NCBI GenBank assembly: GCA_017499595.2 | Contig: CM038999.1 | Location: 3,968,001 to 4,032,000, forward strand | DNA: 64,000 bases | Source: Psilocybe cubensis | Lineage: Eukaryota | Direction of reading: 5' to 3' | Shown: one piece after another, positions 1 to 10,457 of the stretch | Position numbering within the stretch: position 1 is the stretch's first letter | Layout: every line of letters begins with the position of its first letter | The notes under the pieces: generated by a model | The model's database searches: none | Seen by the model: the letters and a program-made list of their open reading frames with translations, nothing else | Told to the model about the DNA's origin: nothing | Program-made: the position numbers and the translations under genes

Positions 1-238
1 CGCTTCTGTTGCTTTTCTTCAGAGCACAAGTCAACTCAAAAAAATTGAACCTTAACAAAGATCTTGGAGATGAAATGCCGATACAAACATTGCATTGGGT
101 TTAGATATGCGAGTATTTCTCGGTTACATTATTAAATTTGGAAAGTCAGGATAGTGATGTGCAAAAGAGCGTAATACTTGGAAGTAAATTGGAATAAAAA
201 TTAACAGAAATGCACCCAGCTGCGCACCGATAGCCTTA

Positions 239-1450
239 TCATACGTTCGAGGAAGAAGATCCCTTCTCGGAGATGTCCTTGGCGGGTTCATCTGCAGGCC
301 GACTATTTTCATGGAACGCAGTTTCGCTCCTGTCCCTATCGAACTGTACCATGGATGGCTTGAAGGCTATCGAAGATGTCGTGATTTTATCTTCAGTATT
401 TGATGACCAGGCGCGACCCATTGCGACACGTAGAATAATGAGCTGAGGAGAGAGTGCCTTGTTCCCAAATAAATTTAATTCTGTGAATTCAAACAAGAAT
501 GACGGTTTGAAGACTTACAAAGAAAGTTCCCCAAATGAAGCCAAGAGCTACCTGAGGAGCCTGACCCTTAGACGTATATACTGCGAATATAATTCCCAAT
601 ATACTGAAGGGTAGGGCAGACTCGACGAGAATAGAGGCAGCCCCGGTGTAAACTTTGTGTGCCTCATCTGGAAGAGTACCTCGTGCACGACGACTGAATG
701 CCAGAATTCGATAGACGATCAGTCCAGTAACAATAAAGTTGAGTCCGCTGGTAAGCGAAATCCATGGAATAAAGAAGTTGGTAGAGTTGGCAAGAATGTG
801 ATTGTTCGGTAGAGCGCTTTGCATTGTTGTCAACAGGGAGAACGCTAAATTACAGAATTAATACCATTGGAAAGGGGATAGAAATAAATCCACTGACCCA
901 CTGAAGCCATATACAGCAAAAGAAGAGGAATTAGAACCCATATAGAGCGTCTCCATATGACATAGCACCGATACACCTAAGTATTTATGATTTAATATCG
1001 AACATGGTAAAGAGGTGAGATTGTTACCAATAGCGCATCCGCCATTATGTTGGCCACAACATCCATTGATGTACCGAGCGTCTCAAACCAGCTATTTGCT
1101 GATGCAGCATAGTAAGCAAGGGGGCCGCCTTCGTAATCCCGATGATTGATCCACATAAGCTGACCCATGACAGCGTTTGTGGCGAAGGCGAAAGTCATAA
1201 GAATGAGCAAAGTCATGGAGTACGCGATGTAAAAGTTATTCCTCCTTGCTTCTTGCCTTGTTTTCCTGTTGTATATCAACATATAGACTGACGAGAATGT
1301 GACACATAGAAGGATGCCTATGCAAACGATTTTTCAAAATTCGTACAATTATCGAGGGTTGATCAATGCCAGTGAAGGTGACTCACCATATAGGATAGTG
1401 GTAAAGCTTAATCCAATATAGATTGATAGCTCTATGGGCTGGGTAGACAT
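239..1450 (-). CDS. Spliced multi-pass (about 7-TM) integral membrane protein of an agaricomycete-expanded family
   Basis: ATG at 1450 (MSTQPIELSIYIGLSFTTILYG); ORF pieces 992-1282, 489-833 and 239-496 are joined by GT-AG introns; hydrophobic helices with ILVESALP and PQLIILRVAMGRAW motifs. Confidence 0.8.
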
Positions 1451-1962
1451 CTTCTGGATGACCGTCAAGAGGATGGGGGTCCTTCGACTGGATGCACTGG
1501 CCTGAAACCAGAGTTTGTTGATATATGTCGATCTCAGAAGGGTCCTGCACATGTGGGTAAGAACCTTCTTTGTTGACAACTGTTACCTCATGAACTGGTT
1601 CGAATTTCTCCCCAAGGGGCCAGGGATAACCTGAATCTCTTTACGTACTAACTCAGTCACAAGGCACAATGCACGCCCATGATATCGGACCTGCAGAGTA
1701 CGCGTCGCGTATCAGCTCATGTGAGAAATCTATTTATAGTCTGACACTTCAGGACCTCGCCAAGGCTTGGTACAGAATACTAGTAACTAAGCAGCTCGAT
1801 TCATCTGGCCCCTGGGCGGGAAGATGTTCTTAGAGATGTATACCCAGGTTCCATTTTATATACTGTAGCAATCACGGAGTCGTTGGTTCAGATAGGACTT
1901 TATAACGCATTTAACATCCATTACGGGCAGTTGAGAGCGGATACCATTTTTCCCTTCTAACC

Positions 1963-2623
1963 ATGCTCCCCAGCTTCTTTAACTCAGCAAAAAATACATT
2001 TCTACTCGCTCTAATCCTACTCCAAACAGTTCTCTCACTAATCGTGTTCCGGCTGAATTATGAAACAATCTTGGGCAAGCGGTATACTACCCAATCCTAC
2101 AGTAAGCCTGAGGTCAGAGTCTCTCGTTCTAACTGATTAAAACCAAGGTAATTCAGCGTATCTTGGGGATGACTATCCCCGTCTATGGGCTATCCCAAAA
2201 CGATCTCCAGTATTGCTGTTCTACGAGCCCCACACTTTACATTATGGACTAGACGACGATCAAGAGTGGAGCGCTCTGGCTCCCGGAAATGGGATGATAT
2301 TCCTGGGCGACAAAAAGGAGCCATTCAGCATTTCAATGTTCCACCAACTTCGCTGTTTGAATATAATTCGTCAATCTATAGTCCACAGGGATGTGCTAGC
2401 AGCCTCGAACCTGACAAGACATTGCTTGAGTTATCTACGTCAGATGATTCTTTGTCGTGCCGATACATATGCCGATGCCGACTCACTGGCGGACTTCATG
2501 ATTTGTGAGGATTGGCAAGCTGTCTATTGGGAGGTGGAAAAAAATCAGATGATGATGATTCCGTCAGCAGAATGTACGTCTTTGTTTCTTATCAAGTTAC
2601 AAATAGTTTTTGAATTATAAGGA
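1963..2623 (+). CDS. UstYa/DUF3328-family oxidase-like protein with variant metal motifs
   Basis: Exon 1 1963-2101 encodes a TM anchor (MLPSFFNSAKNTFLLALILLQTVLSLIVF); intron 2102-2156; exon 2 YLGDDYP...SMFHQLRCLNIIR...TRHCLSYLRQMILCRAD...CEDWQAVY. Stop is at 2620 if unspliced, or 2623 via a final GTACGT..TAAG intron. Confidence 0.88.
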
Positions 2624-3175
2624 TGCTTTCAGGATACTTGCTATACGCAAACGTTTCAAGTAATTCCTGACTTATTCGTGAAGGCAAAGGGGCATCCTTG
2701 GACCTTAGGCATATGTAATTTTACATAATCGAATGCATCCCAATGCTCCCAAAGTTTAAGTGCCCAATGTACTATGCGTAAAAATTGCTGTGGTTCGCTG
2801 GTTCGTAGTAGCATCAGCGCATCTGGAATGATGCTAAGCAACTTGACATACCCCGTATGGTGTAGTGTGGATATAGAACATTCTTTTCTTCCCTTCCGAC
2901 CCACGGCAACGCCGGACATCCTTAAGAACAACTTCCCAACACAATGGGATATTTCGTCATAAAAGTGAATACCAAAAATAGGCCTAGGGCTATATGGTAA
3001 TCTGGCTCCATGTTAGACTTATCTTTTAGTGATAAAGAAGCGCCGCAGATCTGCGCCCTGGTTGAGCGATGGTGATGTTTGCATTTTAACTCTTATACGT
3101 CCCGAGCACTCCCACACGCCCATCTCTATTAAACACACGTATCTAGGAGTAAGTATCCGAATTCAACGCCTTCCA

Positions 3176-4167
3176 ATGATTACTATGCTCCAATCACCCT
3201 CATATGCCCTTGTCAAAAATGAGGACGAAGAAGAGAGCGGTGCAGTCTCGCTTCCTCCAGGTACGTGTACTGTATGGTTATTCTACGCTTTGTAACAGTG
3301 TTGAAGAGGTATACAAGCACGGGACACTAAAATCGGGACGTACCTTGCACCCATCTCAGTCATATTTGTGGCTATATCTGCCTTTGTCAACATTTGTCTG
3401 GGCGTCTTGCTAATCTCCAATATGGGATTCGGTGCTCAACAAGACGTTTATCATGGAAGCATGAAAACCAACAGCACTTATATAGGATTGGACAGACTCT
3501 ATTCCAATGCTACGGCCTTCAAAATTTATCCTCCAATACGAAATCAAGCACGGCGGTTCTTTCAGATATCATCAGCATATCCTGAGAGGCAGTTAGCGGA
3601 GGAGTCTCCTAGAATAGCAGGCCCTACAGGGTTTATTCCTTCAGCGCGAGGCTTTTATCAATTACTTGTTTCGTCCGAAGTGAGTATCTCATTTTCTATG
3701 CAGTTCCATCCACTGAAAAATGTGGCAGATCTCTACTATAGTCGAATTTCGAGTTATTGACTATGGGATGGAGAATTGTAACCTATCCCTCAACATTCCC
3801 TCCAACAACGCCACTGACCAAGTTACCATCGCTTCAGAAGGAAATCTTGAAATCTGGCAAATAGGCGATATTAATACGAGAATCGATAGGAGCAATATTT
3901 CGTGGAACTTCAGACCAAAGCGAACTCGCTTTATTGCGTCGACAAGTGTTCAATATGGGACTTCCAAGCAATTTGAAAGCTTTAGATGCGTCTCAGGAAC
4001 GCATCTCACGTTTGAATTGGCGTGTACAGGATGTCACCTAAATGTTACTCGCTTTTCTGACAAAGTTCATGATGGTAAGCTCCCGGTACCGTTGCGTATG
4101 CTCCGACTGCTCACTCAAATACCACGCAGCGCTGTATATTGTTCAATCTCAAACCCTATCGCATTAG
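3176..4167 (+). CDS. Single-TM protein with But2 C-terminal-like domain
   Basis: Four exons joined by GT-AG introns; TM segment PISVIFVAISAFVNICLGVLLI; family-typical blocks STYIGLDRLY, VSSEISTIVEFRVIDYGMENCNL, ISWNFRPKR and C-terminal ALYIVQSQTLSH*. Confidence 0.75.
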
Positions 4168-5590
4168 TTGACATGTACTTAGATGATAGTGCTAACTTAC
4201 ATCCAGAACCAAGGGATGCTTATGTACTCTGAGAGATTTGGAACAGTTCATCTCTTAGATTCTCTAACGGAGTGATTTTTAACTTTGCTTTCGTTCTGTT
4301 CCAAAATCGACCTTCTTTGTTACGTTTCTTTGCGATGACCTGAGTGATTAAGTCCGCCACGGCTATCTCCGATGTGATGTAGAATGTATTCCTAGTAACA
4401 TTGCCTTGGCTTCGCGGTCTTTAGATTATCATTGGCAAGTTCTTCTCGAGATAGATTTCTTCATCTGCCGTCTTCTATGGCCTCATTGCCCGTCGGCTAA
4501 CATAAGTTAAGAGAATAAGTTCTTCCTCCCATTTCATGGCACCCCCAGCGGTGCCACGGCTGTACTGCCACATCATGATGCAGTAAGTTATTCCTATTGT
4601 AAGAAAGCAACGGAGCTAATCCAAATTCTATCCCCGTACTGTCAATGGAGCACTCACGTCTTTTTATTTCGAGAGCGAGAAAAAAATCTTGCTCACTCAT
4701 CGGTCGGAGGTGACATGTGTCTGAATCTGTCGCCAGGACTTTTAGATGTAATATGCTACTGCATTACAGAGCTAGGAGAAGTTGAACTGTCTTAAAGCTA
4801 TTTCTCCAGCGATATTTCTACAGGTAGATACTGAAAAAGATTTTTACCGCCAATGTATCCAGTACATATGCTCCGAATCTTTGCCGAGTCTGTACTTCGT
4901 GATGAAACACGGTGTCAATGGTTTCTCATAGTCGAAGTTCTGCCTCCAGGCTCAATGATGCTCGGACATATGCTCACAAATAACAGTGCGAATTTCGGTG
5001 CTTTTACATCTTTCATCGTAATACGAAGCAGGTTTTACTCAAGATGGGCATGACGACACGAAAGATATATTTGAAGGTACATGACATTACTTTTAGTACA
5101 GGTATCTCCTGGATCTGATCAACTGTCCTTGACCTCTTCATTTTACCGCCGGTCTAGAGACTGCGCAAGATCTTCAGTACGTCTATAACGATCATAAACT
5201 TAACAAATACAGAAATAATTCCTGGATCGTAGATAAATCTCGCTGACATTATTCAGTGGAACCTTGAGGTAAAAATAAATACAGGTTTCCACACACAAAT
5301 TCCATCTGAATGGTGCCGATCAGGCCACGCGAGGTTTGGTATTATATGGCCAGATCTTAAGCTACTAGAAATATCTTTTCTAGTATTCGAGTCATTCAAC
5401 TGCACGCTCACAATAAGAAAAACCTGGAATTCGAGGGTCAATTACAATACTCATCATTATTGAGGCTGAATTAGAAGCGACCAAGAAGTGCACGGGGAAC
5501 GGAGTCAGCGCCGCACCTTCATGCATCAGACTTTAGAATTCTTTCCATGATTTTCCGAGAACGTGGTTTAATAAAAGAAGGAAACACACG

Positions 5591-5598
5591 TATAAAAG
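5591..5598 (+). promoter_or_regulatory. TATA box of the small secreted peptide gene
   Basis: TATAAAAG 65 nt upstream of the ATG at 5656. Confidence 0.55.
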
Positions 5599-5655
5599 CA
5601 ACATGAATGGGACGTTAAACCTCAGTAACTTAACCAACCCATCACAAGCAGGACA

Positions 5656-5885
5656 ATGCGATACACAATTCAAACAGTCATCCTCGCCATTGTGGTCTTT
5701 GCTCTTCATGCACAGCATTCCTACGCTGCTCCTATTACCGATCAAGAGTTGAGAGGTACATCCCCTGCTCTCTGCAGCTAAAAGTATAATGTATACTGAC
5801 ATTGATTATTTTAGCTGAAGCTCTCTCTGGGTCACCTCTTGCAGCCTCAAATCTTACCCCCGTTGCCGATCCAAGTAATCCATGA
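5656..5885 (+). CDS. 56-aa small secreted peptide, candidate RiPP precursor
   Basis: Exons 5656-5755 and 5815-5885; 59-nt intron GTACAT..CTGAC..TTAG. Translation MRYTIQTVILAIVVFALHAQHSYA-APITDQELR-AEALSGSPLAASNLTPVADPSNP*, with a classic signal peptide ending SYA|AP. Confidence 0.75.
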
Positions 5886-6396
5886 TACCATAAAAGTACC
5901 CACCCATTTTCAAGAAGGGAAGAATGATAGAGAGAAAAGGGGCTAGACCATCAACCTTAGACGGATTCTTCACGACTTTTACCTTAATAATAATGATTTA
6001 AATTTTCAAAAAGAGGGAGTGAGCCACAAGTACTGAAAGGCGAATGCGAAAATAATACAGGGGTGGAAAATGAACATCTTAGCACGCAAAAAGTTCGAAA
6101 GATGTTACATTTATATTCCTTTAATATATGCATAAAAACTCGGGTCGTTCATGGACTGCATGGGAGTACCCTCTGCCATCATGCCCGTGCTTTGAGAACC
6201 ATCGCGAGAAAGCATGAGACTACTGTCTCTTCTTTTCCGTGGCCATGCGATACATGAACGCCAGCTTCAATATCCTAAATGGAGTAATCTAAATCAACGC
6301 CATCCGATCTCACCGTGATGATTTATAGAGAGCTAAACTTGAGCCAAATGTCCATCATTCGACTTACCCGCCGTCTTCCAGACTCGCTCTCGTACC

Positions 6397-7446
6397 ATGA
6401 TTGTAAAGCAGCTAAAGAATCCATCTGGTTGGTTGCCCTCGAACCTTCAGACGTCCGACCCGTCGTTTACTGAAATTAAACCCAGAAAGGGAAGTTGAAA
6501 GGATTGTCGAATTGACAGTCCGTGCTTTCTCTGGAAGTACGTGGAAATCTAGGAGCTTTCTCCACTTAGAACTTGCATGGCGCTGACCCACCCTTATTAT
6601 GAGTAGCGGTGCCAAATGCACCTTTTCTTGGCGGAGATTGGACACTGCACGCTGAGTACTGTCGCTCTCAGACAAGAGCCACCGCTCTTGAAGGTGAATT
6701 GTACGTTGGGGTCACGGAGAGCGGATTGATAGTATCCACCGCCTCATGGTTCCCTCCGGGACGGAGTATGTTTGATTCGTAAGTTCACACATCGCCGTGA
6801 CAATCAAGTACTTGAACCGCCCTTAGGGATGCCCAGAAGGCATTGGGCTATAATCAATTCCGAACGAAATTGAAAGCAGAGGCAAAGGAATGGGAAAATA
6901 ATATTGTAAGTCTATAACAAATCATCATCTAAGTATAGATAACTTTAAACCTCGTATCAGTTTGCAAAAATTGTCGTCGAGAGCGTCGAGACACTGTTTA
7001 CAAAAGAGGTGCATAAAGTCCCACTTGGTGGCCGCCGTTATTTTTTGATCTATTTTTTGACAGGAAATCGCTTCAAGATGGTGGTGTTATAATCTAGTGA
7101 CAGATCCCGCGTATCAACGCAGAGGATATGCTACAGCTGTCATGAAAATTCTGGCTGATAAAGTGAGTACATAATCGTCGTTAGCGCCTTTACTGCTGTT
7201 CATATCGCAAACGCCACTCAAGGCAGATAAACTAGATAACATACTCGGCTTAATCGCTACGACACAAGAAAACGTAAGCTGTACATAAATCACCCACTAA
7301 AAGGTTCATTTCCAGACGAGTTTTAGGTCAACTTCTACCGTGGTATTGGCTATCGGGAACGCGGATGTGTACATGTGCCAGCACCTACAGGAGATTTCGA
7401 CATGCATGTGATGGCTCGGGACCAGTCGTCAAAATCCTTCGACTGA
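6397..7446 (+). CDS. GNAT-family N-acetyltransferase (multi-exon)
   Basis: Hand-spliced: MIVKQLKNPSEREVERIVELTVRAF...RATALEGELYVG...STASWFPPGRSMF...WWCYNLVTDPAYQRRGYATAVM (acetyl-CoA motif A)...ENVNFYRGIGY...SKSFD*. Confidence 0.88.
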
Positions 7447-7894
7447 CTACATAGATACATCCCATGGGAACTAGCTCCTAGCTACTGCGATGAATAGATA
7501 GCTTCGGTGCTCGGAAATGGAAAATATCATGATTTGGGTTCTCATCATCTCGGGTTGGATCTCCGACGGAACTCACAAAGTGGCTTTTCTTCTCTACAAG
7601 CCAGAATACTCCAGCCTTCACACAGGCTGACTTTGGCCCATGGCCTGGCTGTGCAAATGTTTTCATTTTGGCTAGTAAAACTCACAGTAGGTTCTAATTA
7701 TATCTGATTGCAATGGAACCCGCCAGAACCGACGACGGGCGTTCGGAGCGGGTCATCACCGATCTTGCCTCGGTGGCTTTTGCAATCTAAATCTACTCCC
7801 GGTGTTAACCCATTGTTAACCACGTTGTGCCTAATCAATCTTTCGTTGGGGTAAAAAAGCAAATGGGATGCCACTCGTTTTCGTCAGTGCAGGC

Positions 7895-8702
7895 ATGGAA
7901 CCTCAAAGAACCACCTCAAACATATTGATTTTTCTTTGCGCTCTTTCATCGCTATTGTTCACTTCAAGTCTCATTTCTCTGTACTTCAATGATGCTCGAG
8001 GAACAACCTACTCGAGCAAGCCTAAAAGCTACAGTGCGTGCGAATTACATTTCCCCAGAGTGACCGTTAAAGTCCGATATATTTTGACGGTTCACTTGCA
8101 GCCTATACATGGGAGGATTACCCACTTGAGGTTCCAATCAAACTTGAACCTACACTGGAAGTCGTCGTCGAAGAAAGCGTGCACTACCAAGTAATCGGGC
8201 CCGAAGCCCACGATGAATGGATGTACGACTCGCCTCACGGCGAAGGCACCTTCCGCCTGGGCCCCAACCGGCACTACTCGACCATCGCCATGTTCCACCA
8301 GCTCCATTGCCTGCGTATTTTTCGCGGTGCCATCGCAGCGGGGCCGGACTACCCGATGAAGCTGCAGCGCCAGCACCTCGAGCATTGCCTCAACTATCTG
8401 CGCGAGACGACGCTCTGCGCTGCGGATCTCACACTCGAGCCGGGGGACTTCGCCCAGCGAGATTTCGATCTCCAACGTACTGGCGCTACGCATATGTGTC
8501 GCGACTATCGGGAGCTTTATAAGTTGTCCGAGAACGACTGGGCGGACTGGTATGTATACATGTATCGACATAATATATCATGTAAGTTGTCTCCGAATTT
8601 GACAGCCCTTCAAATGCTTCGTGTACTCATTCACAAATTATAGTGTCCGAGTTGAGGGAGAAGCAACTAAAGGAAATCGGAGAGCTTGCGTCCATTACAT
8701 AA
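7895..8702 (+). CDS. UstYa/DUF3328-family oxidase with two intact HxxHC motifs
   Basis: Exons 7895-8033 (TM anchor; alternative ATG at 7868), 8102-8581 and 8644-8702; AMFHQLHCLRIFR and QHLEHCLNYLRETTLCAADLTLEP, HMCRDY. Confidence 0.92.
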
Positions 8703-10457
8703 AGGCTGGAGTATACCGCAAGGCATTCTCTGCCCGACAGACATTCAATAGTAGACTCAAGGCACATTTAAAATTTAGTGTGTTTACCAGCGGTCAATGG
8801 CTTCAATACAAAGTCGCGCAGGGTTGTAGATGCCAAGCTCCGTCGTAAAAAGCGCCGAAAATTGTAAATACATATAGACTATCCATTCTTCAAACTCCGT
8901 TTACAATAGACAATAGAACTAGATAGACCGCTGGAATAGATCAAAACGCGAACATTTTCACCAAGTTTAATCGCGAGCTAAAATTGGAAGTAATTTCCAA
9001 TTCCGGAAGTAGATCTAAAAATAGCTTATCGACTTATCGAGGAGTTTTCAACCTTGTCAAGTTCATGTTGATGCAGCGATGATCATGGATTCTTACCCGT
9101 TAGTTCTTACTCCTCTCATTATATGCCCCTGATACTCATCATTACAGCCTCTTATGGGCTTGCTATGCATCAATCCAAAAACACTGTTACACATCCAGTA
9201 TCGCTCGCTCCGCTGGACACCGTTACGGCGCGCTCGGTCCATAATACCGATTCATCATTCCAAACAAACAGAGATACCCGAGTTACAGAATGAAAAGATG
9301 CAGCTCCCAAACTCGTAGTGTATCAGCGGAACATAGCACACGAATCAAGTCCAACGTATCATGCCAGTGGAATGGTCCTCATCGACGGACTATCAGCGTT
9401 AGCGTGCGGGGCGATCACCCATTTCGGCAATGTCGACACGACAGCAAATTCATTTATCCTGTCGACTTGCAAATGTACAAATGTGGGTCCGCCCCCCTGT
9501 TCCTCCCCACTCCCCCACCGATCTAATAGTAATAGTAATAACCGTGTTGATAAGTCGAAAACACTCCCATCGCGTTTATCATTTTGCAAATTGTCCCTGC
9601 CGTTAGCTTGGGGCGCGCGTGGCTGGCTGAACAGAGCAGAACTGAAGACTTGTTTTATTCGATGATATGATCGGATTGCCTTTGCCTTGAATGAACGCGA
9701 CATTGTGGCAGCGCAAAGTTCTTCGATCGATGATCTCCCGGTGTAAGTGTAAGGATGACGGCCTGAGGCCTGAGCTAGTCTGTAGAGGGGAGGGTGTGTG
9801 TGTGTTAAGCGCAAGCAGGTAATATGGGTATCAATTATCATTACCAATGACGTCTGCGCCTATTTCCCCATGTTCCGGCCCTGAAGGAACGATTGTTAAT
9901 CCAAACCAGCAATTAGGCGCCTCGTTGCGAACCGAGTGTGATGAAATGAACTTGTACTAATATATAGTAACGTTGATGGTTTGAAACTTCTTGAAGCTTG
10001 TAAGCCTGCCGCCTTACTACACTATCGTTTCTGCTGTATATATACTGTCCATCATTAAGAAACATATCGATTCTTTTACCTTACCGGTTTGAGTGTAACT
10101 ACTGTGTTCGGACAGACAATGTTAAACGTTCAAATTTTCAAATTTTCAAACCTTAATGCACATACAATAATTTTAAGAAATCATAGCGATCCATAGTACA
10201 ATTCGAAACCATATACAAAGCATATGCATCAGTAGCAACAGCAAGTAGCAGATATACAACACAGAAAGTTTTAAAAAATTGAAAAAAATGAAAGCTTTAA
10301 GCAAACCCATGCAAAAGACACACACACAAAATAAATCAAAATCAAAAGAAAAGGAAACAGAAAAAGCAAAAAGAAAAAAAGAAAACACTCAAATCCCGAC
10401 TCCAAAGAATCCTACACATTCACAAAAATCAAAACTACCCAAACTCAAAACTCATTT

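Noticed and set aside
4200-5550. Search for a Kex2-repeat or MSDIN-type precursor in the cluster spacer
   Set aside because: No signal peptide, repeats or convincing spliced ORF found on either strand.
8092-8571. 159-aa antisense ORF
   Set aside because: Antisense shadow of the GC-rich UstYa exon.
9060-9850. Short ORFs and an intron-like segment downstream of the second UstYa
   Set aside because: No frame gave a recognisable or consistent protein.
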